Assembly: GCA_945870105.1 (NCBI GenBank)
Contig: CAMBRL010000001.1
Coordinates: forward strand, 10,700 to 74,699
Length of the DNA stretch: 64,000 nucleotides
Direction: 5' to 3'
From: Chitinophaga pinensis
GTDB taxonomy: Bacteria; Bacteroidota; Bacteroidia; SXHM01
The position numbers were made by a program, and so were the translations under genes. How positions within the stretch are numbered: position 1 is the first letter of the stretch; each line of letters opens with the position of its first letter. The notes under the pieces are model-generated. The model saw only the letters and a program-made list of their open reading frames with translations, was not told the DNA's origin and made no database searches. Shown in pieces: positions 7,808 to 17,301 of the stretch.

Positions 7808-8799
7808 TTTATCTCAATCGTTTTTACATCTCCTGTCGGAGTAATCACTTTGTAATGGTTTTGCACTTTTGTTTCAACCGGCTTTTTCAAACTGAAATGC
7901 ATTTTTATTTTGCAGGTATATTGTACCAGTGGCTCCACAACCACAGGATTTATAACAACATCAAAGTTATGATATGATAACTTGTTGTAGAACATTACTG
8001 TGGGTTTGCGGATTTCGGTTAACCCCGATTTTTTTCCAACAGATTCAATGGAAGAACTGCTTGCAGGCTGGTATTTTGAATAGCGGTCGATAGGAAAGGT
8101 AACCGAAGTTTGTTCGGTAAGCACACGGTATACTGTATCAAGATTCACGCTCAGCTGTTTGTAATCATTTGTTTTTCTTTTTGCATAAGCAATTACTGAA
8201 TCTCTTAATGTTTCATAAACAGCACTGGTGTTTTCCACAAAATAATCCACTTTTATCAAATCATATATTTCATGTTTTGCAGCGGCAGTCAGGATTTTAT
8301 CGAGCGTTTCGCCTTTATTGAATTTTACGTGAATATTTTTCTGTAACTCAAAACCTTTGGGAACTTCGTTATAAGTTTTACTGAAAAATTTCTTTGTTAC
8401 TTCCAGTTCATAAATCGGAACTTGTGAAACCATGTCTAGGAAAATATCTTCAGGTTTTACTTCGGCTGCAGCTACTTCGTTTACAAAATTCTGGTAACGT
8501 GTGTTCAGTAAATCATTGGCTACAGAAGCATTTTCACCAACCTGCGTCATATTAAAAATAGCAAGATAAGCATCAGCCTTGCGGTTAAATAGTCCGTTTA
8601 CTTCAAAGGTCATACTGTTCTCGTCAATCATAACTTCGCGTGTAACATTAAAGCTGTTCTGCCAGTTAAGCTCTTCTGCATTTTGGTAATTGTAGCGGTT
8701 GTCATTGCCATACATGGAGTTGCCGACTGCCTGTGCAAATGAATAGATAGGTAAAAAGGTGCAGGTAACAATTAAAAGAAGTAGTAGCAGTTTTTTCAT
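7804..8799 (-). CDS. hypothetical secreted protein (possibly SIMPL/DUF541-like)
   Basis: Signal peptide MKKLLLLLLIVTCTFLPIYSFAQA. It is the first gene of a translationally coupled three-gene unit. The fold suggestion is weak. Confidence 0.6.
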   Translation of the reverse strand: MKKLLLLLLIVTCTFLPIYSFAQAVGNSMYGNDNRYNYQNAEELNWQNSFNVTREVMIDENSMTFEVNGLFNRKADAYLAIFNMTQVGENASVANDLLNTRYQNFVNEVAAAEVKPEDIFLDMVSQVPIYELEVTKKFFSKTYNEVPKGFELQKNIHVKFNKGETLDKILTAAAKHEIYDLIKVDYFVENTSAVYETLRDSVIAYAKRKTNDYKQLSVNLDTVYRVLTEQTSVTFPIDRYSKYQPASSSSIESVGKKSGLTEIRKPTVMFYNKLSYHNFDVVINPVVVEPLVQYTCKIKMHFSLKKPVETKVQNHYKVITPTGDVKTIEIK

Positions 8800-8885
8800 C
8801 GGATATGATTTTCAGGGTTTAAAGGTGTAGAAAATATTTAAATGAAGTTTACTCCCTGTCAGATTTTCTCCTCACATAAAAAATC

Positions 8886-8893
8886 TACTTTCG
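8886..8893 (+). promoter_or_regulatory. Bacteroidota -7 box variant (TACTTTCG)
   Basis: Near match to TAnnTTTG, 13 nt upstream of ATG 8907. Confidence 0.3.
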
Positions 8894-8906
8894 CATGAAT
8901 TTTTAA

Positions 8907-11429
8907 ATGAGCCTGCTAAGACCATTTCATATAATTTTATTTCTGCTGCTATTGGCAGCACAAATTGCATGTGCCCAAACGATAACCATCAGCGGAAGAG
9001 TAACAGATGCAAAAACAGGTGAGGCTATTCCTTTTGCCAATGTTACCATTGTTGGAAAGTTTGTTGGTGCACCTACCGACACAGCAGGTTATTATTCATT
9101 TCAGGCACCTAAAAAAACGGATAGTCTGCAGGTTTCTTCCATTGGCTATACAACCATAAAAAAAACGATACAGGAAGGCATTTCGCAAACGATTGATTTT
9201 GCATTGACATTCAATGAAGTTGCTTTAGGTGAAGTAGTAATCAATCCCGGAGAAAACCCTGCTGATGTGCTTTTCAGGCAAATGATTTCTGTAAAAGAAA
9301 AGCACAATATCAAAAATTACAACAGTCTTATATACGAGGCGTACACCAAATACGAAGTGGATTTGGATAATGTAAATGCAAAAAGTCTTGACAAGAATTT
9401 ATTGCTATCACAATTCCCGATGTTGAAAGGTTATATAGATACCGTAACTGAAAAAGGCACAAGTATTCTTCCCATGTTTTTGATTGAAAATATTTCGGAC
9501 AACTACTCAACAACCAACCCCGACAGACAAATTGAGAAAATGAAAGGCGTGAAAATGTCTGGAATTGATAAGCAGGATTTTGTAACAGAGTTGCTGAGTA
9601 ACGTGAATCAGAATGTAAATATTTATGAAAACATGATTACCGTTTTGGGAAAGAGTTTTGTTAGTCCTGTTGCGGATTACGGACTTAGCGTTTACAAGTA
9701 TTACCTTAATTTTTACGATACACTTTATGTGAATGGTGAGCCACATCTTCAAATGGAATTCAAACCCAAACGCAGAGGCGAGAATACCTTTAAAGGAAAA
9801 ATGTTGGTAAATATCAAGTCTTATGCTGTGCGCAGCATCGAGGCTTCCTTAGCTGACAATGTAAATATTGGTTTTGTGCACGACATCTCTTTTCAGCACG
9901 ATTACAATTTTGTGGAATACAACGATACAGCAGGAAACTACCAACAGGCTTGGGTTCCCCAACGCGAAAAACTCAAAATTAAATTCACCAGCAGTTTTGT
10001 AAAAGATGCAAAACTGATAGGAAAGAAAACCAAGAGCTTTAAAAATTTTTTAGTAAATACTGCTTTCAGCGACACTATTTTTTCTGCTTACAAAAGCACT
10101 GAAATAAATGAGGCTGTTTATCTCAAAGACGATAAATTCTGGGAAGAAATGCGCCACGATTCACTCCAAAAAACGGAAGCCGGGATTTACGAGATGGTTG
10201 ACAGTCTCAAACGCACCAAGCGCTTCAGGTTGTTGAGATATGTTGCCATGTCACTCACCACTGGCTACATGCGAATAGGTAATAAAGTGGGTATTGGTCA
10301 TGTGGCCGGATTAGTAAGTGGTAATCAGGTGGAGAAGGTTCGTTTCAAACTTGGTTTTCAGACAACTAATAAATTCAGTGAGCGGGTGCAGCTGGAAGGA
10401 CATCTTGCTTACGGATTAAAAGATGACCGATTTAAATACGGAATGAAAGTGCAATTCATTATTGCGAAAAAGCCCTGGAATAAAATTAGTGTCAGCGGCA
10501 AAAGCGATATTGACTTCGCCAGCCGTTATGCCGAAGACCTTATGGATCGTGATAATGTTACCACCTTTCTTCCCCGTGGTGTTGGACAGCGTTTGTACAA
10601 TGTGGCCGAGGGAAAAATTGTTTATGACCGTGAACTCCACAAAGATCTGATGACTTATTTTGGCATCAACTACAAAAATTTAAAACCATTTTTTGACTTT
10701 GGGTATATCCAAAATGATGTAATAAAAAAACACATCACCGTTGCAGAGCTTTCTATTGGTATCCGCTATCAGCGCGGTTCAAAAAATCTTCCCGGAACAT
10801 TTAACCGCGATGCCGAAGCCAATAAATTCTTCGCCCAATTCCGTAAGAAAAACGAATTCCCTGTAATGTTTGTGCGCTATACCTACGGAGCAAAAAATAT
10901 TTTAAAAAGCAATTTTGAATACCACGATATTTCTGCTGGATTGCAGGGTTCTTTTCAGGTATCATCTAAAATGTCGTTTTATTACAATTTGTGGGCAGGA
11001 AAAATTTTCGGCAAACTTCCCTTCTTATTGTTGAAAAACCCTGAAGGAAATTTCTCCTACTCACACAGCACATACTTCTTCAACAATATGAACTTGCTTG
11101 AGTTTTCAGCCGACCAGTACCTGAGCCTGAATTTTCAATATTTCTTTGGCGGATTGTTGCTTGATAAAATCCCGTTGATTAAAAAACTCAAATGGCGTGA
11201 ATTAGTTACCTCCAATATTTTTTATGGTAATATGAGTGTGGCCAACCGAAATTACAACAAACTCAATACTATTGATTATGCTTATCCTATTCCTTATGTA
11301 GAGGCAGGGTTTGGAATTGAAAACATTTTTAAATTCCTCCGATTTGACGGGATCTGGAGATTAACCCATACCGACAAATCTGACATTATTGAATTCAGCC
11401 CTTATCTGAGTTTTCATATCAAGATTTAA
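8907..11429 (+). CDS. carboxypeptidase-regulatory-like domain plus DUF5686-like large outer-membrane-type protein
   Basis: Signal peptide, then ITISGRVTDAKTGEAIPFANVTIVG..TDTAGYYSF (CarboxypepD_reg pattern). The size (840 aa) and aromatic-rich C-terminus are typical of the DUF5686 family. Confidence 0.65.
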   Translation: MSLLRPFHIILFLLLLAAQIACAQTITISGRVTDAKTGEAIPFANVTIVGKFVGAPTDTAGYYSFQAPKKTDSLQVSSIGYTTIKKTIQEGISQTIDFALTFNEVALGEVVINPGENPADVLFRQMISVKEKHNIKNYNSLIYEAYTKYEVDLDNVNAKSLDKNLLLSQFPMLKGYIDTVTEKGTSILPMFLIENISDNYSTTNPDRQIEKMKGVKMSGIDKQDFVTELLSNVNQNVNIYENMITVLGKSFVSPVADYGLSVYKYYLNFYDTLYVNGEPHLQMEFKPKRRGENTFKGKMLVNIKSYAVRSIEASLADNVNIGFVHDISFQHDYNFVEYNDTAGNYQQAWVPQREKLKIKFTSSFVKDAKLIGKKTKSFKNFLVNTAFSDTIFSAYKSTEINEAVYLKDDKFWEEMRHDSLQKTEAGIYEMVDSLKRTKRFRLLRYVAMSLTTGYMRIGNKVGIGHVAGLVSGNQVEKVRFKLGFQTTNKFSERVQLEGHLAYGLKDDRFKYGMKVQFIIAKKPWNKISVSGKSDIDFASRYAEDLMDRDNVTTFLPRGVGQRLYNVAEGKIVYDRELHKDLMTYFGINYKNLKPFFDFGYIQNDVIKKHITVAELSIGIRYQRGSKNLPGTFNRDAEANKFFAQFRKKNEFPVMFVRYTYGAKNILKSNFEYHDISAGLQGSFQVSSKMSFYYNLWAGKIFGKLPFLLLKNPEGNFSYSHSTYFFNNMNLLEFSADQYLSLNFQYFFGGLLLDKIPLIKKLKWRELVTSNIFYGNMSVANRNYNKLNTIDYAYPIPYVEAGFGIENIFKFLRFDGIWRLTHTDKSDIIEFSPYLSFHIKI

Positions 11430-11435
11430 TAAAGC

Positions 11436-11479
11436 AAATAAGCGTTTCGTCAATATTCTCAAACGCTTATTTAGTTTTC
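11436..11479 (+). terminator. hairpin terminator-like element
   Basis: 12-bp stem AAATAAGCGTTT / AAACGCTTATTT with a 13-nt loop, then a T-rich tail, directly after the stop at 11429. Confidence 0.5.
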
Positions 11480-11573
11480 ATCTTAGTCTATTGCTTAAAC
11501 ATTAAGGTTTTTATTCAAAGGAACATCTTTGCAAAACTCGGGAAAGTGCATTTGGTAAGGCTTTTTCTTTTGC

Positions 11574-11581
11574 TACTTTTG
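11574..11581 (+). promoter_or_regulatory. Bacteroidota -7 box TACTTTTG (pdhA promoter)
   Basis: Matches TAnnTTTG. A TTTG (-33-like) lies about 19 nt upstream, and the ATG is 22 nt downstream. Confidence 0.45.
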
Positions 11582-11602
11582 CGCAGGACTAAATAACAGA
11601 CA

Positions 11603-12598
11603 ATGGCAAAGACAAAGTTCAGCAAGGAAACCTATTTATACTGGTATGAATCCATGCTGCTTTATCGCAAGTTTGAGGAAAAAGCAGGCCAGCTTTATAT
11701 TCAACAGAAGATAAAAGGTTTTTGTCATCTATACATTGGTCAGGAAGCTTTGGTAGCAGGCGCAACAAGTGCCACACAACCAGCAGATAATGTAATTACA
11801 GCTTATCGCGATCACGTTCATCCGATTGCAAAAGGCGTTTCCCCCAATGCAATTATGGCTGAACTTTACGGAAAAATAACCGGCTGTTCAAAAGGCAAAG
11901 GCGGAAGTATGCATATGTTTTCAAAACAACATCGCTTTTTTGGCGGACATGGAATTGTAGGCGGACAAATTCCGCTTGGTGCCGGAATTGCTTTTGCAGA
12001 AAAATACAACGAAACAAAAAACATCACACTGTGCTATATGGGCGATGGTGCCGTTCACCAAGGTGCTTTTCACGAAACATTGAATATGGCTATGCTGTGG
12101 AAGTTGCCTGTAATTTTCATAATTGAAAACAATCAATACGCTATGGGAACTTCAGTCCAGCGTTCCAGCAGCGTTACCGATTTATACAAACTGGGATTGG
12201 CATACGGAATTCCATCTTTTGAAGTTGACGGAATGGTTTGTGAAGACGTGCATGATGCAGTTGAAGCAGCTGCAGCAACTGCACGTAAAGGCGAAGGCCC
12301 AACTCTTCTTGAAATGAAAACCTATCGTTACAAAGGACACAGCATGAGCGACCCGGCAAAATATCGTACCAAGGAAGAAGTGGAAGCATATAAAGCTCAG
12401 GACCCAATTCAACGCGTGCTGGCAACTATTACTAAAAATAAATTTGCAACCGATTCGGAGTTGGAAGAAATAAATGCGCGTGTTAATGCGCAGGTAGAAG
12501 AGTCGGTGAAGTTTGCAGAAGAATCACCTTTCCCTGATGCATCGGAATTATTTAAAGACATATACGAACAAGAGGATTATCCCTTTATTACATCATAA
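11603..12598 (+). CDS. pdhA: pyruvate dehydrogenase E1 component alpha subunit
   Basis: TPP-binding region YMGDGAVHQGAFHETLNMA..IFIIENNQYAMGT and phosphorylation-loop-like YRYKGHSMSDP. Confidence 0.9.
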   Translation: MAKTKFSKETYLYWYESMLLYRKFEEKAGQLYIQQKIKGFCHLYIGQEALVAGATSATQPADNVITAYRDHVHPIAKGVSPNAIMAELYGKITGCSKGKGGSMHMFSKQHRFFGGHGIVGGQIPLGAGIAFAEKYNETKNITLCYMGDGAVHQGAFHETLNMAMLWKLPVIFIIENNQYAMGTSVQRSSSVTDLYKLGLAYGIPSFEVDGMVCEDVHDAVEAAAATARKGEGPTLLEMKTYRYKGHSMSDPAKYRTKEEVEAYKAQDPIQRVLATITKNKFATDSELEEINARVNAQVEESVKFAEESPFPDASELFKDIYEQEDYPFITS

Positions 12599-12618
12599 AA
12601 CAGAGCGAAAACGAAGGT

Positions 12619-14148
12619 ATGAACAACGAAGATTTATTTAAAAATATTATTGGCCATGCGAAAGAATATGGCTTTATTTTTCAGTCAAGTGAAATTTATG
12701 ACGGACTTAGTGCTGTCTATGATTACGGACAAACAGGAGTTGAACTGAAACGCAATATCCGCGAGTATTGGTGGAAGTCTATGGTGCAGATGAATGAAAA
12801 TATTGTGGGAATTGATGCCGCTATTTTTATGCACCCCACAACATGGAAAGCTTCGGGTCACGTTGATGCTTTCAATGATCCGTTGATTGATAACAAAGAC
12901 AGCAAAAAACGCTACCGTGCCGATGTGCTGATTGAAGACTTTGTAGCGAAACTTGAAGACAAAATAAATAAGGAAGTTGAGAAAGCTGCGAAACGTTTTG
13001 AAAATTTTAATGCTGAAATGTTCATCAGCACCAATCCGCGCGTAGTGGAATACAAAACGAAAATTGATACCATCAAAAAGCGTTTTGTTGCTGCATTGGA
13101 AACCGACAATCTTGCGGATGTAAAACAGTTAATTATTGATTTTGAAATCGCCTGCCCGATTTCGGGAACCCGCAACTGGACTGATGTTCGTCAGTTTAAC
13201 CTGATGTTCTCAACCGAGATGGGTTCAACAGCAGAAGGAGCAAGCACTATTTATCTGCGACCTGAAACTGCACAGGGAATTTTTGTAAACTTTCTAAACG
13301 TGCAGAAAACAGGAAGGATGAAAGTTCCTTTCGGAATTGCACAGACAGGAAAAGCATTCCGCAATGAAATTGTAGCGCGACAATTTATTTTCCGCATGCG
13401 CGAATTTGAGCAAATGGAAATGCAGTTTTTTGTTCGTCCGGGAACACAGAAAGAATGGTTTGCACATTGGAAAGAGCGCAGAATGAACTGGCATAAATCA
13501 CTCGGGTTTCCTGAAACGATGTATCGCTTTCACGAGCACGCCAAGCTGGCACACTACGCAGACGCGGCTTTTGATATTGAGTTTAATTTCCCTTTTGGTT
13601 TCAAAGAACTGGAAGGAATTCACTCGCGCACTGATTTTGATTTAAAGGCACATGAAAAATTCAGCGGAAAAAAACTTCAGTATTTTGATCCTGAGTTAAA
13701 CGAGAATTATGTTCCATATGTGGTAGAAACCTCTATCGGACTTGATAGAACTTTTCTTGCAGTACTTTCTGCTTCTTACAAAGAAGAGAAACTGGAAGAT
13801 GGTTCAGAAAGGATTGTATTAAATATTCCGGATTTCCTTGCTCCCGTTAAAGTTGCAGTGTTTCCTCTGTTGAACAAAGATGGTTTGCCCGAAAAAGCTC
13901 GTGAAATTTTTGACAAACTGAAAATGGATCACGTAGTTCGTTACGAAGAAAAAGATACCATCGGAAAACGTTACCGCAGGCAGGATGCCATCGGAACGCC
14001 TTTTTGCATTACAGTTGACCACGACACCTTGAATGATAATCAGGTAACACTTCGTTACCGCGACAGCATGAAACAGGAGCGTGTTGCAATAGATAATCTT
14101 ACTAAGATAGTGGAAGATAAAGTGAGCCTCAGAAAAGTGCTTGTTTAA
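12619..14148 (+). CDS. glyQS: glycine--tRNA ligase (homodimeric type)
   Basis: Full-length match in pattern to class II GlyRS (GFIFQSSEIYDG..YDYGQTGVELK..YLRPETAQGIF..FRNEI..RMREFEQME). Confidence 0.9.
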   Translation: MNNEDLFKNIIGHAKEYGFIFQSSEIYDGLSAVYDYGQTGVELKRNIREYWWKSMVQMNENIVGIDAAIFMHPTTWKASGHVDAFNDPLIDNKDSKKRYRADVLIEDFVAKLEDKINKEVEKAAKRFENFNAEMFISTNPRVVEYKTKIDTIKKRFVAALETDNLADVKQLIIDFEIACPISGTRNWTDVRQFNLMFSTEMGSTAEGASTIYLRPETAQGIFVNFLNVQKTGRMKVPFGIAQTGKAFRNEIVARQFIFRMREFEQMEMQFFVRPGTQKEWFAHWKERRMNWHKSLGFPETMYRFHEHAKLAHYADAAFDIEFNFPFGFKELEGIHSRTDFDLKAHEKFSGKKLQYFDPELNENYVPYVVETSIGLDRTFLAVLSASYKEEKLEDGSERIVLNIPDFLAPVKVAVFPLLNKDGLPEKAREIFDKLKMDHVVRYEEKDTIGKRYRRQDAIGTPFCITVDHDTLNDNQVTLRYRDSMKQERVAIDNLTKIVEDKVSLRKVLV

Positions 14149-14156
14149 GCGCTTTG

Positions 14157-15140
14157 TTATTTTTGGATATACATCACTTCTTTTACCGCTTTAATCACCT
14201 TTTCAGCAGTAGGTAAAAATTCGGCCACAAGCGTTGGCGCATAAGCCAAAGGAACATCCTGCGTCATTATTCTTATTACCGGTGCATCCAGATAATCAAA
14301 TGCATCTCTCTGAACTTTGAAAGCAACTTCTGTTGCAATGGAACCAAGTGGCCAGGCTTCTTCAACAATTACTAAACGATTGGTTTTCTTCACTGAATTT
14401 ATCACGGTTGCGTAATCAATCGGGCGCACGGTTCGAAGATCAATAATTTCCACTTCAATTCCGTCTTTCGCCAACTCTTCGGCAGCTTTAAAAACAGTTT
14501 TTATAATTTTTCCAAACGATACAACTGTAACATGTTTTCCTTCGCGCTTTACATCCGCAACTCCAATGGGAATAAGGTATTCGCTTTCAGGAACTCCTCC
14601 TTTTTCGCCATACATCTGCTCTGATTCCATAAATATTACAGGATCATTATCACGTATTGCAGATTTGAGTAATCCCTTTGCATCATAAGGATTAGACGGC
14701 ACAATCACTTTTAATCCCGGACAGTTTGCATACCAGCTTTCATAAGCCTGTGAGTGTTGCGCACCCAGTTGTCCTGCAGAGGCAGTTGGTCCGCGAAATA
14801 CAATAGGAACACCAAATTGTCCGCCCGACATGGATTTCATTTTTGCTGCAGCATTAATCACCTGATCAATGGCAACCAATGAAAAGTTGAAGGTCATAAA
14901 TTCAATAATCGGGCGTAAGCCATTCATCGCTGCGCCCACACCAATTCCCGCAAATCCCAATTCAGAAATCGGAGTATCAATAACGCGTGCTCCGCCAAAC
15001 TCAGCTAGCATTCCCTGGCTTGCTTTATATGCGCCATCATATTCCGCCACTTCTTCACCCATCAGGAATACATTCTTATCTCTGCGCATTTCCTCGCTCA
15101 TGGCTTCTTTTACTGCTTCACGAAATTGTATCTCTCTCAT
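14157..15140 (-). CDS. pdhB: pyruvate dehydrogenase E1 component beta subunit
   Basis: MREIQFREAVKEAMSEEMRRD..VFLMGEEVAEYDGAYK..DTPISE pattern of E1-beta/transketolase-like proteins. Confidence 0.9.
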   Translation of the reverse strand: MREIQFREAVKEAMSEEMRRDKNVFLMGEEVAEYDGAYKASQGMLAEFGGARVIDTPISELGFAGIGVGAAMNGLRPIIEFMTFNFSLVAIDQVINAAAKMKSMSGGQFGVPIVFRGPTASAGQLGAQHSQAYESWYANCPGLKVIVPSNPYDAKGLLKSAIRDNDPVIFMESEQMYGEKGGVPESEYLIPIGVADVKREGKHVTVVSFGKIIKTVFKAAEELAKDGIEVEIIDLRTVRPIDYATVINSVKKTNRLVIVEEAWPLGSIATEVAFKVQRDAFDYLDAPVIRIMTQDVPLAYAPTLVAEFLPTAEKVIKAVKEVMYIQK

Positions 15141-15179
15141 TGTTTGTTTTTTTGGATGCTCAAAAATAGTAAATCACAA

Positions 15180-15242
15180 CGTCACACTGAACTTGTTTCA
15201 GTGTCTTTTAATGTGAGATGCTGAAACAAGTTCAGCATGACG
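15180..15242. repeat. palindromic intergenic element, family 1 (copy a)
   Basis: CGTCACACTGAACTTGTTTCAGTGTC - 11 nt - GATGCTGAAACAAGTTCAGCATGACG, lying between the rnhB stop and the pdhB start. Confidence 0.85.
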
Positions 15243-15251
15243 AAACGTACT

Positions 15252-15848
15252 TCAAAATAATGTGGGTTGCAACGGCACTACTTTAAAACTCTTCCGGTGA
15301 ATAATTGATTCCCCGTATTGCTCAATTGCCATTCGATGTTTCAGCGTTCCATATCCTTTATTCTTTCTCCATTGATAGTCTGGAAACTCTTCATCCATCT
15401 TCAACATATATTCATCACGGTGTGTTTTTGCAATAATGGAAGCAGCAGCAATGGACATATATTTGCCGTCACCTTTAACAATACACTTGAACGGAATATT
15501 TTTATATTTTTTAAAACGGTTGCCATCAATCAGCAATAGTTGCGGTGACTTTTTCAGTTGCTCTATAGCACGGTGCATGGCAAGATACGAAGCGTTGAGA
15601 ATATTTATTTTATCAATTTCATCATGCGTTGCAATTCCAACAGCCCATGCAAGTGCTTCATTTTCTATGATCGGTCGAAGCTCTTCTCTTTTCTTTTCAT
15701 TCAATTGTTTTGAGTCGTTCAGCAATTCTGATCTGAATTTTTTAGGAAGAATAACAGCAGCTGCAAACACAGGTCCTGCAAGGCATCCGCGACCTGCTTC
15801 ATCCACACCGGCTTCAATCAGTTTATTTTGAAATCGTAGTTCAAGCAT
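15252..15848 (-). CDS. rnhB: ribonuclease HII
   Basis: [14 protein letters not shown] catalytic motif; length 198 aa. Confidence 0.9.
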   Translation of the reverse strand: MLELRFQNKLIEAGVDEAGRGCLAGPVFAAAVILPKKFRSELLNDSKQLNEKKREELRPIIENEALAWAVGIATHDEIDKINILNASYLAMHRAIEQLKKSPQLLLIDGNRFKKYKNIPFKCIVKGDGKYMSIAAASIIAKTHRDEYMLKMDEEFPDYQWRKNKGYGTLKHRMAIEQYGESIIHRKSFKVVPLQPTLF

Positions 15849-15932
15849 GGTGATTAGTGATAGAACACAGATTTTTATGTTGCTTATGATTAGTTATGAT
15901 TTTATCAGCGCACATCTTAATAATCATAAAAA

Positions 15933-17219
15933 TCAGCGTTCCATTATTTTATTCAACTCATTTCCGAATTTCCACACATCTTCAAACGAATTATAGAGTG
16001 GGGCAGGAGCCAAACGTATTACATCAGGATTGCGCCAATCTGTAATAATTCCTGCTTTCAATAATTGTTCGTGAATTTGTTTTCCGTTCACCGAAAATAC
16101 CAATGATAACTGACAACCTCGCTCAGCTATATTTCGCGGAGTAAGAATTTTTATCTGTGGTCTATGGTCTGTGGACTGCCGACTATTTATCTCATCAATA
16201 ATAAACTCCAGATAACCCGTCAGCTTCTCACTTTTCTCACGCAGGTTTTCAATTCCTGCTTCATCAAAAATATCTAATGCCATTTTATTTACTGCCATGG
16301 AAAATACAGGCGCATTGCTCAGTTGCCAGCCATCCGCACCAATAGCAGGAATAAATCCTTTTTCCATTTTAAAACGTGTATCGGGATTATTTCCCCACCA
16401 ACCTGCAAAGCGAGGCAGTTCCGGATTGTTGCCATGTTTCTCATGTACAAAAATTCCCGCCACACTTCCCGGTCCTGAGTTCAGGTATTTGTAGCTGCAC
16501 CAACAAGCAAAATCTACATTCCAGTTGTGCAGGTTCATCACCAGATTACCCATTGCATGTGCTAAGTCAAAACCTGCGAGTGCACCTATTTTATGCGCAG
16601 CCTCAGTAATGCTTTTCATGTCAAAAGCCTGTCCGGTATAATAATTTACACCGCCAATCATAACCAGTGCTAGTTCATCATTCAATTCTTCAATCTTTGC
16701 AAGAATATCTTCCGTGCGCAATGTAAATTCTCCTGCTCTTGGCTTCAGTTCAACAATAGCTTTATCCGGATTATATCCGTGAAACTTTACTTGCGACTCT
16801 AAAGCATACTGGTCAGATGCAAAAGGTTTTTCTTCGCAAAGAATTTTAAAACGTTTTGCTGTGGGACGGTAAAACGAAACCATCAGCAAGTGAAGATTAT
16901 TGGTCAATGAACCTAAGGCACAAACTTCTGAAGGCTTTGCTCCAACAAGTTTTGCTAGCGGTTTGTCAAATAGTTTCTCGTAAGAGAACCACGGGTTCTT
17001 TGCGTGAAAATGTCCCTCCACAGCAAATTGTGCCCAATCACTTAACTCTTGTTGCAAGGCAGCAGCCGCAGTTTTTGGTTGCAATCCCAAAGAATTCCCG
17101 CAAAAATAAATTGCTTCTTTCCCATTCAACTGTGGGAAGAAAAATTTATCTCTGAAAGCTGATAGTTTATCGGCTTTATCTTGTTCCTGTGCAAATTCGT
17201 GCGTGTTAATAAAGTTCAT
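15933..17219 (-). CDS. kynU: kynureninase
   Basis: PLP-dependent kynureninase pattern (IYFCGNSLGLQP.., CWCSYKYLNSGPG). I prefer the ATG at 17219 (MNFINTHEF) over the GTG at 17243. Confidence 0.85.
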   Translation of the reverse strand: MNFINTHEFAQEQDKADKLSAFRDKFFFPQLNGKEAIYFCGNSLGLQPKTAAAALQQELSDWAQFAVEGHFHAKNPWFSYEKLFDKPLAKLVGAKPSEVCALGSLTNNLHLLMVSFYRPTAKRFKILCEEKPFASDQYALESQVKFHGYNPDKAIVELKPRAGEFTLRTEDILAKIEELNDELALVMIGGVNYYTGQAFDMKSITEAAHKIGALAGFDLAHAMGNLVMNLHNWNVDFACWCSYKYLNSGPGSVAGIFVHEKHGNNPELPRFAGWWGNNPDTRFKMEKGFIPAIGADGWQLSNAPVFSMAVNKMALDIFDEAGIENLREKSEKLTGYLEFIIDEINSRQSTDHRPQIKILTPRNIAERGCQLSLVFSVNGKQIHEQLLKAGIITDWRNPDVIRLAPAPLYNSFEDVWKFGNELNKIMER

Positions 17220-17276
17220 GATTTTTGTTTCTCGCTGAGACACAAAGAACGCAAAGTTTTTTGCAGTTTCAAAGTG

Positions 17277-17284
17277 TATATTTG
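17277..17284 (+). promoter_or_regulatory. Bacteroidota -7 box TATATTTG (hemL promoter)
   Basis: Exact TAnnTTTG, 17 nt upstream of ATG 17302. Confidence 0.45.
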
Positions 17285-17301
17285 CAAAGAATTTTAACGA
17301 T

